Source of the DNA: Dehalococcoidia bacterium
Lineage (GTDB): Bacteria; Chloroflexota; Dehalococcoidia; Plut-88900
Assembly: GCA_965207225.1 (NCBI GenBank)
Contig: CBDBLV010000005.1
Coordinates: 1,408,001-1,472,000, forward strand
Length of the DNA stretch: 64,000 nt
Reading direction: 5' to 3'
In this document: one piece after another, positions 9,809 to 19,945 of the stretch
How the letters are laid out: each line of letters starts with the position of its first letter
How positions within the stretch are numbered: position 1 is the stretch's first letter
Made by a program: the position numbers and the translations under genes
Notes under the pieces: model-generated
Databases searched by the model: none
The model's input: only the letters and a program-made list of their open reading frames with translations
Told to the model about the DNA's origin: nothing

Positions 9809-11152
9809 TTGAAAGTCACCAGCGAAAAACTACCCGAAAGCCGCGTTCTTCTCACCATCGAGGTGGAGGGCGACGAGCTTGAAGGTACGTTAAAGAAGAC
9901 GTACAAGAGCCTGGCGCAGCGGGTACGGGTGCCGGGATTCAGACCGGGGAAGGCCCCGAGGGCCATCATCCAGAACTTCGTAGGCAAGGAAGCGGTAATC
10001 AACGAGGCGCTGCAAGACCTGGCGCCTGAACTGGTCGAAAAGGCAATCGAGGAGCAGGACCTGGAGGTGATCGATACGCCCGACGTGGAGTTCGAGCCAC
10101 GGGAGCCGGCGGTAATCAAGGCTACGGTGCCCCTGAAGCCCACGGTGGAGCTGGGAGACTACAAGTCGATACGGGTAAAGCCGGACCCGGTAGAGATAAC
10201 TCCGGAGCAGGTGGAAGAGGCGATGGAGTCTGTGAGGCAGAGGAACGCACCGTGGGAGCAGGTGGAGAGGGCGGCAGAGTTCGGGGACCTGTTGACGATA
10301 GATGTGGATGGTCGGGTGGATGGGGAGTCGGTGATCAGTGAGTCGGGGTCTCCGTACCAGCCCAACCCGGATATGGACTTCCCTGTGCCCGGATTTTCGC
10401 AGCAGTTGGAGGGCATGGGCAAGGGAGAGTCCAAGGAGTTCGCCCTGATGCTTCCAGACGATTTCAGACAGGAAGAGATCGCCGGAAAAGAGTGTGAGTT
10501 CAAAGTCACGGTGCAGGAAGTCAAGGCCAAACTGCCGGGGACTGTGGACGAAGAGTTTGTAAAGGGGTTGGACGGGGACTACGAAGACCTGGCCGACTTC
10601 CGTGCGAAGACTGTCGAGGCGCTGGAGGAGCAGGCCAAACAGCTGTCGGACCGCAAGTTCGAGGAAGAGCTGATGCAGGCTCTCAAGGAGAAGGCTAGCA
10701 TCGAGGCGCCCCCCAATCTGACGGAGCGGGAGATCGACCACATGATAGTGGACGAGGCACGGGCCATCGCGCAGGCCGGGCTCGAGTTTGGGAACTATCT
10801 CCGGGCCATCGGTCAGACGCCGGAAGGGCTCAGGGATGCGAGACGGGAGTCGGCGGAGAGCCGGGTCACGACGTCGCTCATTCTCAACAAGCTGGCGGAG
10901 GAGGAGGAGATTGAGGCGAGTGAAGAGGAGATAGAAGAAGAAATCAGAGAGGCCGAGGCCCAGGCCGATGCGGCAGACCCGGAGATGTTGGAACGGCTGC
11001 ACAGCGATGAAGTTAGGGGCAACCTCGGGAATCGGATCAGGCTGAGAAAAGCCGTTGAACGCATGAAAGAGATCGCCCAGCAGGGCCCGGCGCTTGCGGT
11101 GTCGGGGGCCGGGGCAGTGAATGAAAACGAGGAGAAAGATGCGACCGGATAA
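9809..11152 (+). CDS. tig: Trigger factor
   Basis: [10 protein letters not shown] ribosome-binding motif, FKBP-like middle domain; TTG start at 9809 after RBS AAGGGAG; upstream of clpP. Confidence 0.94.
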   Translation: MKVTSEKLPESRVLLTIEVEGDELEGTLKKTYKSLAQRVRVPGFRPGKAPRAIIQNFVGKEAVINEALQDLAPELVEKAIEEQDLEVIDTPDVEFEPREPAVIKATVPLKPTVELGDYKSIRVKPDPVEITPEQVEEAMESVRQRNAPWEQVERAAEFGDLLTIDVDGRVDGESVISESGSPYQPNPDMDFPVPGFSQQLEGMGKGESKEFALMLPDDFRQEEIAGKECEFKVTVQEVKAKLPGTVDEEFVKGLDGDYEDLADFRAKTVEALEEQAKQLSDRKFEEELMQALKEKASIEAPPNLTEREIDHMIVDEARAIAQAGLEFGNYLRAIGQTPEGLRDARRESAESRVTTSLILNKLAEEEEIEASEEEIEEEIREAEAQADAADPEMLERLHSDEVRGNLGNRIRLRKAVERMKEIAQQGPALAVSGAGAVNENEEKDATG

Positions 11153-11768
11153 CGTGATACCGATGATAATCGAGAGCGGCGCCCGGGGGGACAGGGCGTT
11201 CGACATCTATTCGCTGCTGTTGAAAGAGCGGATCGTATTCCTGGGCACACCGATCACGGACCACGTGGCCAATCTGATCGTAGCTCAGCTCCTTTACCTG
11301 GAGCGGGAAGACCCGGACAAGGACATCAACCTGTACATCAACTCGCCTGGTGGCGTGATCAGCGCCGGGCTGGCGATTTACGACACGATGAGGCTGGTAC
11401 AATGCGACGTGTCCACGATATGCGTCGGGATGACTGCGAGCATGGGCACGGTGCTGCTGAGCGGGGGCAAGGCCGGCAAAAGGTTCGCATTGCCCAACTC
11501 CACGATACACATGCACCAGCCGATGGGCGGAGCACAAGGACAGGCGTCCGACATCGAGATTGCGGCGAAAGAGATACTGAGGCTTCAGGACAAGCTGAGG
11601 AATATCCTGGCGGACAACACGGGCCAGGACTACGAGAAGATAGCCAGGGACACGGATCGGGACATCTACCTTAGCGCGGACGAAGCTAGAGACTACGGAT
11701 TGGTTGACAAAGTGGTGGGCTCGGTGGAAGAAGCGAAGGAAGAGGCTAAAGAGGAGAGCGCCGAGTGA
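11139..11768 (+). CDS. clpP: ATP-dependent Clp protease proteolytic subunit
   Basis: [35 protein letters not shown]; ATG 11139 after GAGGAG. Confidence 0.96.
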   Translation: MRPDNVIPMIIESGARGDRAFDIYSLLLKERIVFLGTPITDHVANLIVAQLLYLEREDPDKDINLYINSPGGVISAGLAIYDTMRLVQCDVSTICVGMTASMGTVLLSGGKAGKRFALPNSTIHMHQPMGGAQGQASDIEIAAKEILRLQDKLRNILADNTGQDYEKIARDTDRDIYLSADEARDYGLVDKVVGSVEEAKEEAKEESAE

Positions 11769-11798
11769 TATGGGCCGCGGGGCCCGGGCTGAGACTGA

Positions 11799-13124
11799 AT
11801 GCCCGACGAAAGAGACGGAAAACCGAGCTACGCCTGCTCCTTCTGTTCCAAGAGTCCTCCTGACGTAAAGAAGCTGATTGGGGGGCAGGCCGAGACTTAC
11901 ATCTGCGACAACTGCGTGGCGCTATGCCAGCAGCTGATAGACGAAGATCGCAGTTCGGCGGGCAAGGATCTGGGGCCGGAGCAGATGCTGACTCCCCGGG
12001 AGCTCTACGACAAGCTGAGCGAATACGTCATCGGTCAGTCCCGGGCCAAGAAAGTCCTGAGCGTAGCGGTATACAACCACTACAAGAGGATAAGCAACAG
12101 GGGGTCGGGTGGGGAGGTGGAGCTGGACAAGACCAACATCCTGCTGGTGGGGCCCACTGGATGCGGCAAGACCCTGTTGGCCCAGACCCTTGCCAAGATC
12201 CTGCAGGTGCCCTTCGCTATCGCCGATGCGACGACCCTCACAGAGGCAGGGTATGTTGGCGAAGACGTCGAGAATATCCTGCTGAGGATAATACAGGCGG
12301 CGGACTATGACGTCGGGCGGGCGCAGCGGGGCATTATTTATATCGACGAGATAGACAAGATATCCCGGAAGAGCGAGAACCCTTCGATCACGAGGGATGT
12401 GTCGGGAGAGGGGGTGCAGCAGGCGCTGCTGAAGGTGATAGAGGGGTGCATTGCCAATGTGCCGCCACAGGGAGGCCGAAAGCACCCGCACCAGGAATAT
12501 ATCCAGCTTGACACGTCAAACATTCTGTTTATCTGCGGTGGTGCGTTCGATGGGCTGGAGGAGCTTATAGAGCAGCGGGTGAAGAGAGACGTGATAAACA
12601 TGGGGTTTACCTCGGCGGTGCGAGGGCAAAGAGGGTCAGAAGAGTTGCTCAACCAGCTGGAGCCCGAGGACCTGCTGAAGTTCGGACTGATACCCGAGCT
12701 CATTGGTCGGCTGCCGGTGATGGCGGCAGTGGGAGCTTTGGACAAGAAATCGCTAATTTCTGTGCTGACGCAACCAAAGAACGCGCTTGTGAAACAATAC
12801 GAGCGGATATTCGAGCTGGACGGGGTGGAGCTGGAGTTCACGAAGGCGGCCCTGGGACGGGCGGCGGATATGGCGATAAGGCTAAAGACCGGGGCCAGGG
12901 GCTTGAGGTCCATATTAGAAGAGGCGCTCATGGAGGCGATGTACCATGCGCCTTCGATCCCAGACGTGGTGAAGTGTTATGTGGATGAACAAGCGATGGC
13001 AGGAAAGAGGTCGGCTACGCTGATAACGTCGGATGGCAGGGTGCTTGAAGCGAGGGCGGACTTGGATGACATGGGTTCGGGGCTGAGGCTGGACACGGGG
13101 CTCGAGGAAGAGAAGACTGCCTGA
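11799..13124 (+). CDS. clpX: ATP-dependent Clp protease ATP-binding subunit ClpX
   Basis: CSFC/CDNC zinc finger, [43 protein letters not shown]. Confidence 0.97.
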   Translation: MPDERDGKPSYACSFCSKSPPDVKKLIGGQAETYICDNCVALCQQLIDEDRSSAGKDLGPEQMLTPRELYDKLSEYVIGQSRAKKVLSVAVYNHYKRISNRGSGGEVELDKTNILLVGPTGCGKTLLAQTLAKILQVPFAIADATTLTEAGYVGEDVENILLRIIQAADYDVGRAQRGIIYIDEIDKISRKSENPSITRDVSGEGVQQALLKVIEGCIANVPPQGGRKHPHQEYIQLDTSNILFICGGAFDGLEELIEQRVKRDVINMGFTSAVRGQRGSEELLNQLEPEDLLKFGLIPELIGRLPVMAAVGALDKKSLISVLTQPKNALVKQYERIFELDGVELEFTKAALGRAADMAIRLKTGARGLRSILEEALMEAMYHAPSIPDVVKCYVDEQAMAGKRSATLITSDGRVLEARADLDDMGSGLRLDTGLEEEKTA

Positions 13125-13143
13125 AGAAAAGGGGGGAGGGGTT

Positions 13144-13944
13144 ATGAGTGAAGATATCAAGTCTCATCTTTTGGTCGAGAAGAAGAGCCGCATAGCTTAC
13201 GTGACGTTGAACCGGCCCGAGAGGTTGAACGCGCTCACGGATGCACACTGGAAACAGCTGGCCGATGCGTGGAGGGACCTGGATGACGACCCCGATGTGT
13301 GGGTGATCATCATCACCGGGTCTGGGGAGCGTGCTTTCTGCACGGGCCAGGACCTGAAGGACGTGGCGACCACGGGCCCCGAGGCCTGGGCGGGTGAGTA
13401 CTCGGTGAACAACCCTCCCGGACTGCCGCACGTCTACGAGATGTATATCTCCACGCCGGCCATAGCCGCAATTAACGGGTTCTGCATAGCAGGGGGCCTG
13501 GAAATAGCACTGAGCTGCGACATAAGGGTGGCGGCAGAACATGCACAGTTCGGGTTGCAGGAGGTGAGGTGGGGAATCATCCCCAGCGGCGGTGGAGTTG
13601 ACAGGCTGCCGAGGGCGATGCCCATGTGCATAGCCATGGAGCTGTTGTTGACGGGGTCGAGGATAGACGCTCAGGAAGCGTACAGGACCGGACTGATAAA
13701 CCGGGTGGTGCCTGCCGACCAGGTGATGTCCACGGCGGAGGAGATCGCGGAGAAGATTTGCCAAAATGGCCCGCTGGCCGTGCGGGCGATAAAGGAAGCA
13801 GTCCTGCGGGGCTACAACCTGACGATGCCCCAGGCATTCCAGTTCGAAAAGGTCTTCAGCAGTATTCTGAACACCACTGAAGACTCAGTGGAAGGGCCCC
13901 TGGCTTTTTCTGAAAAACGACAGCCGCAGTTCAAGGGCCGTTAA
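13144..13944 (+). CDS. Enoyl-CoA hydratase/isomerase family protein
   Basis: TLNRPERLNAL, AFCTGQDL, AGGLEIALSCD, FGLQEV. Confidence 0.92.
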   Translation: MSEDIKSHLLVEKKSRIAYVTLNRPERLNALTDAHWKQLADAWRDLDDDPDVWVIIITGSGERAFCTGQDLKDVATTGPEAWAGEYSVNNPPGLPHVYEMYISTPAIAAINGFCIAGGLEIALSCDIRVAAEHAQFGLQEVRWGIIPSGGGVDRLPRAMPMCIAMELLLTGSRIDAQEAYRTGLINRVVPADQVMSTAEEIAEKICQNGPLAVRAIKEAVLRGYNLTMPQAFQFEKVFSSILNTTEDSVEGPLAFSEKRQPQFKGR

Positions 13945-14000
13945 AGAGGGGACTGGCGGGCAAGGGCCGACCACTGAGGAAGTTCGACTCGGAGAAAGCT

Positions 14001-14786
14001 ATGTCGCAGGTAATTTTCGAAAAGAAGGGCCGGATAGCCTACGTCACGATCAACCGGCCGGAAAAGATGAACGCCCTTAACAACGAGGTTGTAACCGGAC
14101 TGAATGCGGCGTGGCATGAGATTGAGAACGACACCGAGATCTGGTGCACGATAGTCACGGGCGCCGGGGGCAGGGCGTTTTCGGCGGGGGCGGACCTGAA
14201 AGAGATGTCCGACCGGCGGAAGGGGGACGGCAAAGGCGAAGGGATCCTGGCCGAGGTGCGCGCCTCAGGGTTCTGGCGCACTAGCGACCTGACCAAGCCG
14301 GTTATTGCGGCAGTGGACGGCTATTGCCTGGCGGGAGGTTTGGAACTTGCCCTGGCGTGTGACTTCATAATTGCCTCGGATCGGTCCCATTTTGGGTTGT
14401 CGGAAGTGTTAAGGGCGATCATCCCGGGTGGTGGTGGGACTCAAAGGCTGCCCCGGTCGATGCCCTTCCGCCGGGCCTTGGAGGTGCTGCTTACGGGAGA
14501 CCGGCTCAATGCACAGCAGGCCTATGACCTGGGTCTCGTCAACCGCGTGGTGAAGCCCGAGGAAGTGATGTCGACAGCCGAGGAGCTGGCTAACAAGATA
14601 AACGGCAACGGCCCGCTGGCTGTGAGAGCGATCAAGCAGCTGGCTTACCAGGGAATCGATATGCCCCTAGAGCAAGGGCTTCGGTTGGAGGAGTTGGTGT
14701 CGCAGAGGATCCACAAAACGGAGGACTCGAAGGAAGGGCCCCTGGCTTTTGTGGAGAAGAGGAAGCCGAACTATAAGGGTAGGTAA
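14001..14786 (+). CDS. Enoyl-CoA hydratase/isomerase family protein (tandem paralogue)
   Basis: TINRPEKMNAL, AFSAGADL, AGGLELALACD, FGLSEV, PGGGGTQRLPR. Confidence 0.92.
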   Translation: MSQVIFEKKGRIAYVTINRPEKMNALNNEVVTGLNAAWHEIENDTEIWCTIVTGAGGRAFSAGADLKEMSDRRKGDGKGEGILAEVRASGFWRTSDLTKPVIAAVDGYCLAGGLELALACDFIIASDRSHFGLSEVLRAIIPGGGGTQRLPRSMPFRRALEVLLTGDRLNAQQAYDLGLVNRVVKPEEVMSTAEELANKINGNGPLAVRAIKQLAYQGIDMPLEQGLRLEELVSQRIHKTEDSKEGPLAFVEKRKPNYKGR

Positions 14787-14822
14787 GTTCGGATCAGACC
14801 TTGCCGGCTAGTTGACTCAGTA

Positions 14823-14907
14823 CTCCCTCCTCCCCAAGGAAAAATAAATTGATATGCCCAAAATGCATTGCATTTTGGGCATATTCTTTCCCAGGGGGAG
14901 TGGGAGG
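14823..14907. terminator. Long inverted repeat between convergent genes (bidirectional terminator or REP-like element)
   Basis: Perfect 15-bp arms ATATGCCCAAAATGC (14852-14866) / GCATTTTGGGCATAT (14870-14884), with imperfect C-rich/G-rich outer arms. Confidence 0.6.
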
Positions 14908-14930
14908 GAATAAGAATGAATCAGGTGGAA

Positions 14931-15701
14931 CTAAGCGGGTAAGATAGAGGACTCGATCTGGGGGGTGAGGTCCTGGGGTGGGATGTCCGTCGATAGTGTG
15001 ATAGCACCACGGGAGAAGGTGGCGAGGGTCTCGACGAGGAGGGGTAGTTCACGCTTAACGCCCTCGGCTCGGATGGCCTGGAAGAGGGGCAGGTCTTCAC
15101 CGAGAGTGTTTCGGAGGTCTTCAGCTGAGGCTTCGCCGATGGCATTCCAATGACGGTCAAAGGCCTTGCCGCGTATGGGGTATTGGCAGTAGGCGATGGT
15201 AGGGCCCTGGTCAAGTTCCTCGGTGACGAGGTGGATTTTGACACCGCTATAGGTCGCCCGTTGCTCGATTAGACGCCAGATTACTTCTTGCCATGTGCCG
15301 TCGGGGCCGTCGGGGGCGGCGGGGTGAAGGTTGATCATGGGAAACCTGCGGCAAAGGGCAGGGCTAATGATGAGCATGTAGCCGGCTAGGACGCATAGGT
15401 CGGGGGATAAGGGTGCGAGGAGGTCGGCGACTTGGGCATCGTAGGCGGCGCGCCATTGAGACAGGTCTCCGGTCCACTGACGTCGGAAGGCCTTGGAAGA
15501 GTGGTGCACGACCGGGAGGTCGAGGGAGTTGGTGAGGGCGAAGAACTGATCGCTGCCTTCGTGTTCGCTTGGTGCCCGATTAGAGAAAACGAATCGAATC
15601 CTAGCGTCGATTCGGTTGTTCAGTATAGCCTGATGAACGGTGGAGAGGAGGGCACGGGAGCCGGGCCCCCGGCCCGTGGAGAACCAGCCGAGGTTGAGCA
15701 T
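14931..15701 (-). CDS. purN: Phosphoribosylglycinamide formyltransferase
   Basis: GWFSTGRG, FVFSNR, VLAGYMLI, INLHPA, HLVTEELDQGP. Confidence 0.88.
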   Translation of the reverse strand: MLNLGWFSTGRGPGSRALLSTVHQAILNNRIDARIRFVFSNRAPSEHEGSDQFFALTNSLDLPVVHHSSKAFRRQWTGDLSQWRAAYDAQVADLLAPLSPDLCVLAGYMLIISPALCRRFPMINLHPAAPDGPDGTWQEVIWRLIEQRATYSGVKIHLVTEELDQGPTIAYCQYPIRGKAFDRHWNAIGEASAEDLRNTLGEDLPLFQAIRAEGVKRELPLLVETLATFSRGAITLSTDIPPQDLTPQIESSILPA

Positions 15702-15720
15702 GGGTGGCGTGGAGGGCCAG

Positions 15721-16032
15721 CTAGCCTTCTACGACTTCACTGATGATTGCCGTGGGCATGCCCGGGGAGTAGTAGTTGGGCACGTCTCCTATCACCTTGG
15801 GGACGGTGCTATCGTTCATTCCCGCGGCGCGCTTCTCCTCGCTCTCAAAGTAAAGGTAGCCGATGCAGTGGATGGGGGAGTCGCCGCCGGCTGCGTCGCT
15901 GACTACGTTGTCGACATCCCACTTGAAGGCGCCGAACTCGGCGGCGGCCATAGGCATGTGGGTCTTCAGGTAATAGTTGAGGTCGAAGGTGCTGTCCTCG
16001 GTCCTGTTGTAGATGATCGCCATCCGGATCAT
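15721..16032 (-). CDS. EthD family reductase
   Basis: FDLNYYLKTHMPM and GDVPNY motifs, 103 aa. Confidence 0.8.
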   Translation of the reverse strand: MIRMAIIYNRTEDSTFDLNYYLKTHMPMAAAEFGAFKWDVDNVVSDAAGGDSPIHCIGYLYFESEEKRAAGMNDSTVPKVIGDVPNYYSPGMPTAIISEVVEG

Positions 16033-16047
16033 GTCAGCCGCCTTTCT

Positions 16048-16686
16048 CTACTCCCAGATCTCGACTTTAAGACGCTTGTTGCCCTGTTCGTCTCCTTCGC
16101 CGTTGACAAAGGAGACGTCCCCGGCCGGGCAAGCGGAAAGCCCGACGAGGCAGTCCATTTCGGCGCGCATGTCTATGTAACCGCCCTTGCCTGCTACCGG
16201 GCCGTGGATGTGGTAGCGACCATCATCGTCGTAAGAGACGTTCATGAACATGTTGAATACGTCGGGAACATCATCGGGGGTGATGCCGTGGGGTTCAAGG
16301 GCCTCAACGAGATTCATGAAACAGCTGCGGTGACCACCCTCGATATTCCAGACCTTGTAGCGCTGGGGGGTGCATTTGGCTCCGCATAACATCCAGTGGG
16401 TGCCCACCGTGTCTCCAACTGTGGTAAACATTACGTTCATGTTAGGGGGTCGGGAGTAGAAGTCGCGTACGGCCTTTGCGCCACCGGTGCCCTGGGCGCT
16501 GTTCATGATGAAGGTGTGGGAGGAGTCGTAATGCTCCTTGAAGTTGTTGGCGTTGAAGGCTGTCCAGTCCCCGACCTGGGGGCCGTCGATCATTATGACC
16601 CGCTGGACCTGGCCTTTCTTGACGTAGTAGGCGGCACCGTATTCGGCTTCGACCATGATTTCCTGTACAAGCTTGCGGCCTTCCAT
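16048..16686 (-). CDS. DUF1989 / urea carboxylase-associated family protein
   Basis: VKKGQ, GPQVGD, SCFMNL, PDVFNMFMNV, YIDMRAEMDCLVGLSACP. Confidence 0.85.
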   Translation of the reverse strand: MEGRKLVQEIMVEAEYGAAYYVKKGQVQRVIMIDGPQVGDWTAFNANNFKEHYDSSHTFIMNSAQGTGGAKAVRDFYSRPPNMNVMFTTVGDTVGTHWMLCGAKCTPQRYKVWNIEGGHRSCFMNLVEALEPHGITPDDVPDVFNMFMNVSYDDDGRYHIHGPVAGKGGYIDMRAEMDCLVGLSACPAGDVSFVNGEGDEQGNKRLKVEIWE

Positions 16687-16821
16687 TTCTCTCCTCCTTT
16701 CACAAGAACATCGTGAAGCTCAGTGTCCCGGTTTACGCTAGAGGATTGAATGTGTCCAGACCCCACCCCTGATTCCTTGCGGGGCATCGGAATCACATTG
16801 GGGCAAAGGTCACTTCATAGA

Positions 16822-17379
16822 CTATACCCGCTCCATGTAATCGCCGGAGCGGGTGTCCACTCTTATGGTGTCATCTTCATTGACAAACATTGGGACGGTT
16901 ACGGTAAGGCCGGTTTCGAGGGTGGCGGGCTTTGTGCCGCCCTGGGCTGTGTCGCCCTTGAATCCGGGTTCCGTCTGGGTGACGCGGAGGTCGACGCTGG
17001 TTGGGAGCTCGACGCCGATGGGGACGTCGCCATGGAGAATAACGTCGAGGGTCATGCCTTCCAGGAGGTAGCCGATCATGTCTTCAAGCAGCTCTGATGA
17101 AACGGGGTTCTGCTCAAAGGTGTCGGTGAACATGAAGTAGAACAGGTCGCCGTCCCGGTAGAGGAATTGGGCTTCACGGCGCTCGAGTCGGGCGATGGCG
17201 AAGCGTTCGCCGGCCTGGAAGGTCTTTTCGATGGTGTGGCCCTCGGTGACGTTGCGGAGCTTCATCCTGACCTGGGCCGAGCCCCTGGCGATTTTGATGT
17301 GCTTGAGCATGAGTATCTTGAAAAGGCTGCCATCGATCTCGATGGTCATGCCCTTTCTGATGTCTCCGGTCTCGATCAT
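16822..17379 (-). CDS. efp: Elongation factor P
   Basis: HIKIARGSA (Arg at the modified position), TEPGFKGDTA, KPATLETG, VPMFV, VDTRSGDY. Confidence 0.96.
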   Translation of the reverse strand: MIETGDIRKGMTIEIDGSLFKILMLKHIKIARGSAQVRMKLRNVTEGHTIEKTFQAGERFAIARLERREAQFLYRDGDLFYFMFTDTFEQNPVSSELLEDMIGYLLEGMTLDVILHGDVPIGVELPTSVDLRVTQTEPGFKGDTAQGGTKPATLETGLTVTVPMFVNEDDTIRVDTRSGDYMERV

Positions 17380-17435
17380 AAGCGTTCCTCAGTCAGCTAT
17401 CACATTCTGCGCGGAGGCCAACAGAAAGACTCCGC

Positions 17436-18536
17436 TTAATTGGTTGCCAAATCAATTCCCTTGGCAGTCTGAGTTATGACCCGTACTTTGCCGTTCTCCA
17501 AGACTACCATGTCTTCAATCCGGACGCCGCCCCAGCCGGGGATGTAGATACCGGGCTCAATGGTGAAGACCATGTTCTTTGCCAGCACGCTGCCGCCCCG
17601 GGGCCCGACAACGGGCACTTCGTGGACGGCGAGACCTATGCCGTGGCCCAGGGAGTGGCCGAAGCGTTCACCGTATCCGGCAGCGTCGATGACGGTGCGA
17701 GCGAGGGAATCGGCGTCATGGCCGGTCATGCCTGAACGGACCTCTTCTATAGCATTGAGCTGGGCATCGAGGACGGTGTGATAGACCTTGTCGAGTTGTT
17801 GGTCGGGCTTGCCAACCACAATAGTACGGGTGATATCGCTGCAGTAGCCGTTGATCCTGGCTCCCATGTCAATTACGACGGGCTCGCCGTCCTGGATCTG
17901 CTTGTCGGATGGGCGGTGGTGGGGAAGGGCGCCGTTGGGACCGGAGGCGACGATAGTATCGAAGCTGATGGAGTCGGCGCCTGCATCACGCATGGCTTTT
18001 TCAAGCTCCCATGCGACCTGCCTCTCGGTCATGCCGGGCTCGATGGCGGGGACGACTTTTGCGAGTGCTGCGTCGGCGAAGGAGGCGGCCCGGTCGATTT
18101 CTGCAATTTCGGCAGCGTCCTTGACCTCGCGTAGGGCTTCGACTAGGTTGCGGGTGGACATGAGTCGGGGTCGTTCATTGTAAGGAAGCTCCGCCAAGGA
18201 CCGCTTGATTGCGGAGTAGAAAGCGAAGGATACATCCGATGCTTCGAAGCCCAGGCGCTTGGGTTTAATCTCAGCGAGGGCCTCGTGGAACCAGCCGAGG
18301 GGTTTGCCGCCAGCCATCTTGATCAGCGTGTAGTCCGGGCACTGGCGGGCGGTCTGTTCGAAGTAACGGAAATCGGTGGCGATGAAGGCGTGGTCTCGGG
18401 AGACCATGAGGAATCCGGCGGAGCCGCTGAATCCAGAGAGGTAGAGTCGGTTCTCGGGCTGGGAGATGAGTATGGCGTCTAGGCCTGCATCAGCGAGCTT
18501 TTCTCTGAGCCTTTGAGTCCTGTCCAATGTGCTCAT
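17436..18536 (-). CDS. Xaa-Pro aminopeptidase/dipeptidase (M24B)
   Basis: YLSGFSGS, ALPHH, IDMG, YCSDITRT, HSLGHGIGLAVHE, TIEPGIY, GVRIED; usual aroQ-peptidase-efp order. Confidence 0.93.
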   Translation of the reverse strand: MSTLDRTQRLREKLADAGLDAILISQPENRLYLSGFSGSAGFLMVSRDHAFIATDFRYFEQTARQCPDYTLIKMAGGKPLGWFHEALAEIKPKRLGFEASDVSFAFYSAIKRSLAELPYNERPRLMSTRNLVEALREVKDAAEIAEIDRAASFADAALAKVVPAIEPGMTERQVAWELEKAMRDAGADSISFDTIVASGPNGALPHHRPSDKQIQDGEPVVIDMGARINGYCSDITRTIVVGKPDQQLDKVYHTVLDAQLNAIEEVRSGMTGHDADSLARTVIDAAGYGERFGHSLGHGIGLAVHEVPVVGPRGGSVLAKNMVFTIEPGIYIPGWGGVRIEDMVVLENGKVRVITQTAKGIDLATN

Positions 18537-18548
18537 GGTATTTCTATC

Positions 18549-18989
18549 CTAGCGGCTTTCCTTGAGGGAGTCGACGATTAGATCGAGGGCGGATATGTAT
18601 CCCCTCCAGCCCTGACCGGCGACCTGGCCACGGGCGATGGGGGCGATGACGGAAACTGAGCGGAACTTTTCCCGGGCGTGAATGTTGGAGATGTGGACTT
18701 CGATGACGGGGAGACCGGTGTCGGTAAGGGCGTCGCGGAGGGAGAGGCCGTAATGGGTGAGGGCGCCGGGGTTGATTACGATGCCATCGGCGGCTTCGGA
18801 CTCTGCCTGTAGGAAGTCGATAATTGCGCCTTCGTGGTTGGACTGGAAGAAGGAGACCTCGACAGCGATCTCGGCGGCCCGGGCGGAGACGGCGGTTTCA
18901 ACGTCAGCGAGGGTCAGGGTGCCGTATTGAGTCGGGTCACGTTTGCCCAATCGGTTCAGGTTGGGCCCGTTGACTACCAGAATTCTCAT
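18549..18989 (-). CDS. aroQ: Type II 3-dehydroquinate dehydratase
   Basis: NGPNLNRLGKR, QSNHEG, INPGALTH, EVHISNIHARE. Confidence 0.96.
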   Translation of the reverse strand: MRILVVNGPNLNRLGKRDPTQYGTLTLADVETAVSARAAEIAVEVSFFQSNHEGAIIDFLQAESEAADGIVINPGALTHYGLSLRDALTDTGLPVIEVHISNIHAREKFRSVSVIAPIARGQVAGQGWRGYISALDLIVDSLKESR

Positions 18990-19930
18990 TGGGACTCCGC
19001 GGAAGCTCGGGCACGTGGATGGGCTTTTTCGTAGGTCTTGCGGGTCTCAGCTGTGGTCATATGGGTGTAAATCTGGGTGGTGCCGAGGCTCTCGTGGCCC
19101 AGGAGTTCCTGGACGACCCGGAGGTCGGCGCCGCCGTCAAGGAGATGGGTGGCGAAGGAGTGGCGCAGGGTGTGGGGATGGGCGGGGTCGTGGAGGCCCT
19201 GCTCAAGAGAGTACTTTCGGACAAGGGCCTGGACGCTGCGGGATGACAGCCGACCACCGCGACCATTGAGGAAGAGGGCGCGGTTCTTGGGATCGGTGGA
19301 GAGCTTTGGTCTGCCGTGGGAGAGGTATCGGGCGATGGCCTGTACTGCCTGTTTGCCAGCGACAACATCTCTTTCCTTGGAGCCTTTACCGAGGACCCGA
19401 ATCTCGCGATTGCCCTCGGCAACGTGGTCTATGTCGAGACCTATGACCTCACTGACCCGGAGGCCGGTAGCATAAATCAGCTCAAGCAAGGCTCGATCAC
19501 GAAGGCCCTGGGGGGTTGGGTCCTGGGGGGCCTCGACGAGGGAGGAGGCCTCCTGTGGAGAAAGGAACTTGGGGAACTTTTTGTCCAGTTTGGGCAGCGA
19601 GATCCGGGCCACGGGGTTGGTATCCAGGATGCCTTCCCGGATGAGAAATCGGTAGAAGGTGCGTAGCACGCTGATTTTCCGGGAGACACTGCGCATGTCA
19701 TGACCGTGCTTGGCTAGGCCCTTGGTGACTTGTATACGGCGTTCGGTCATGAGCCATGAAACGTATTTTCTCAGGACGTGGCGGTCTACGTCGGCGAGGT
19801 TGTAGATGCCGTTGTCTTCCAGGAAGTTTAGGTAGGGGAATAGATCGGTCCTGTAGTTGCGAACCGTATAGGGCGATAGGTTTCGCTCGCCTTCAAGGTG
19901 CAGGATGAATCTGTCGAGGTGTTCGTCCAA
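18986..19930 (-). CDS. xerC: Chromosomal tyrosine recombinase XerC
   Basis: ERNLSPYTVRNY, LIYATGLRVSE, GKGSKER, HPHTLRHSFATHLL, LLGH, TTQIYTH; follows topA. Confidence 0.9.
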   Translation of the reverse strand: MDEHLDRFILHLEGERNLSPYTVRNYRTDLFPYLNFLEDNGIYNLADVDRHVLRKYVSWLMTERRIQVTKGLAKHGHDMRSVSRKISVLRTFYRFLIREGILDTNPVARISLPKLDKKFPKFLSPQEASSLVEAPQDPTPQGLRDRALLELIYATGLRVSEVIGLDIDHVAEGNREIRVLGKGSKERDVVAGKQAVQAIARYLSHGRPKLSTDPKNRALFLNGRGGRLSSRSVQALVRKYSLEQGLHDPAHPHTLRHSFATHLLDGGADLRVVQELLGHESLGTTQIYTHMTTAETRKTYEKAHPRARASAESQ

Positions 19931-19945
19931 AGCAATCGCTCGGGG

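Noticed and set aside
1651-11206. Long antisense ORFs (e.g. 1651-2799, 2256-3422, 6702-7844, 9890-11206)
   Set aside because: Shadow frames opposite well-supported genes in GC-rich DNA, with no protein motifs.
16690-16821. Guanidine-I riboswitch upstream of the DUF1989 gene
   Set aside because: Only a short TGATTCC/GGAATCA hairpin is present; the conserved CTAGGG and 3' AAAAGCCCGGGAG elements are absent. It looks more like a degenerate REP-like hairpin.
18986-19930. Tyrosine recombinase as the island integrase
   Set aside because: It sits in the conserved dprA-topA-xerC order and has XerC length and motifs.
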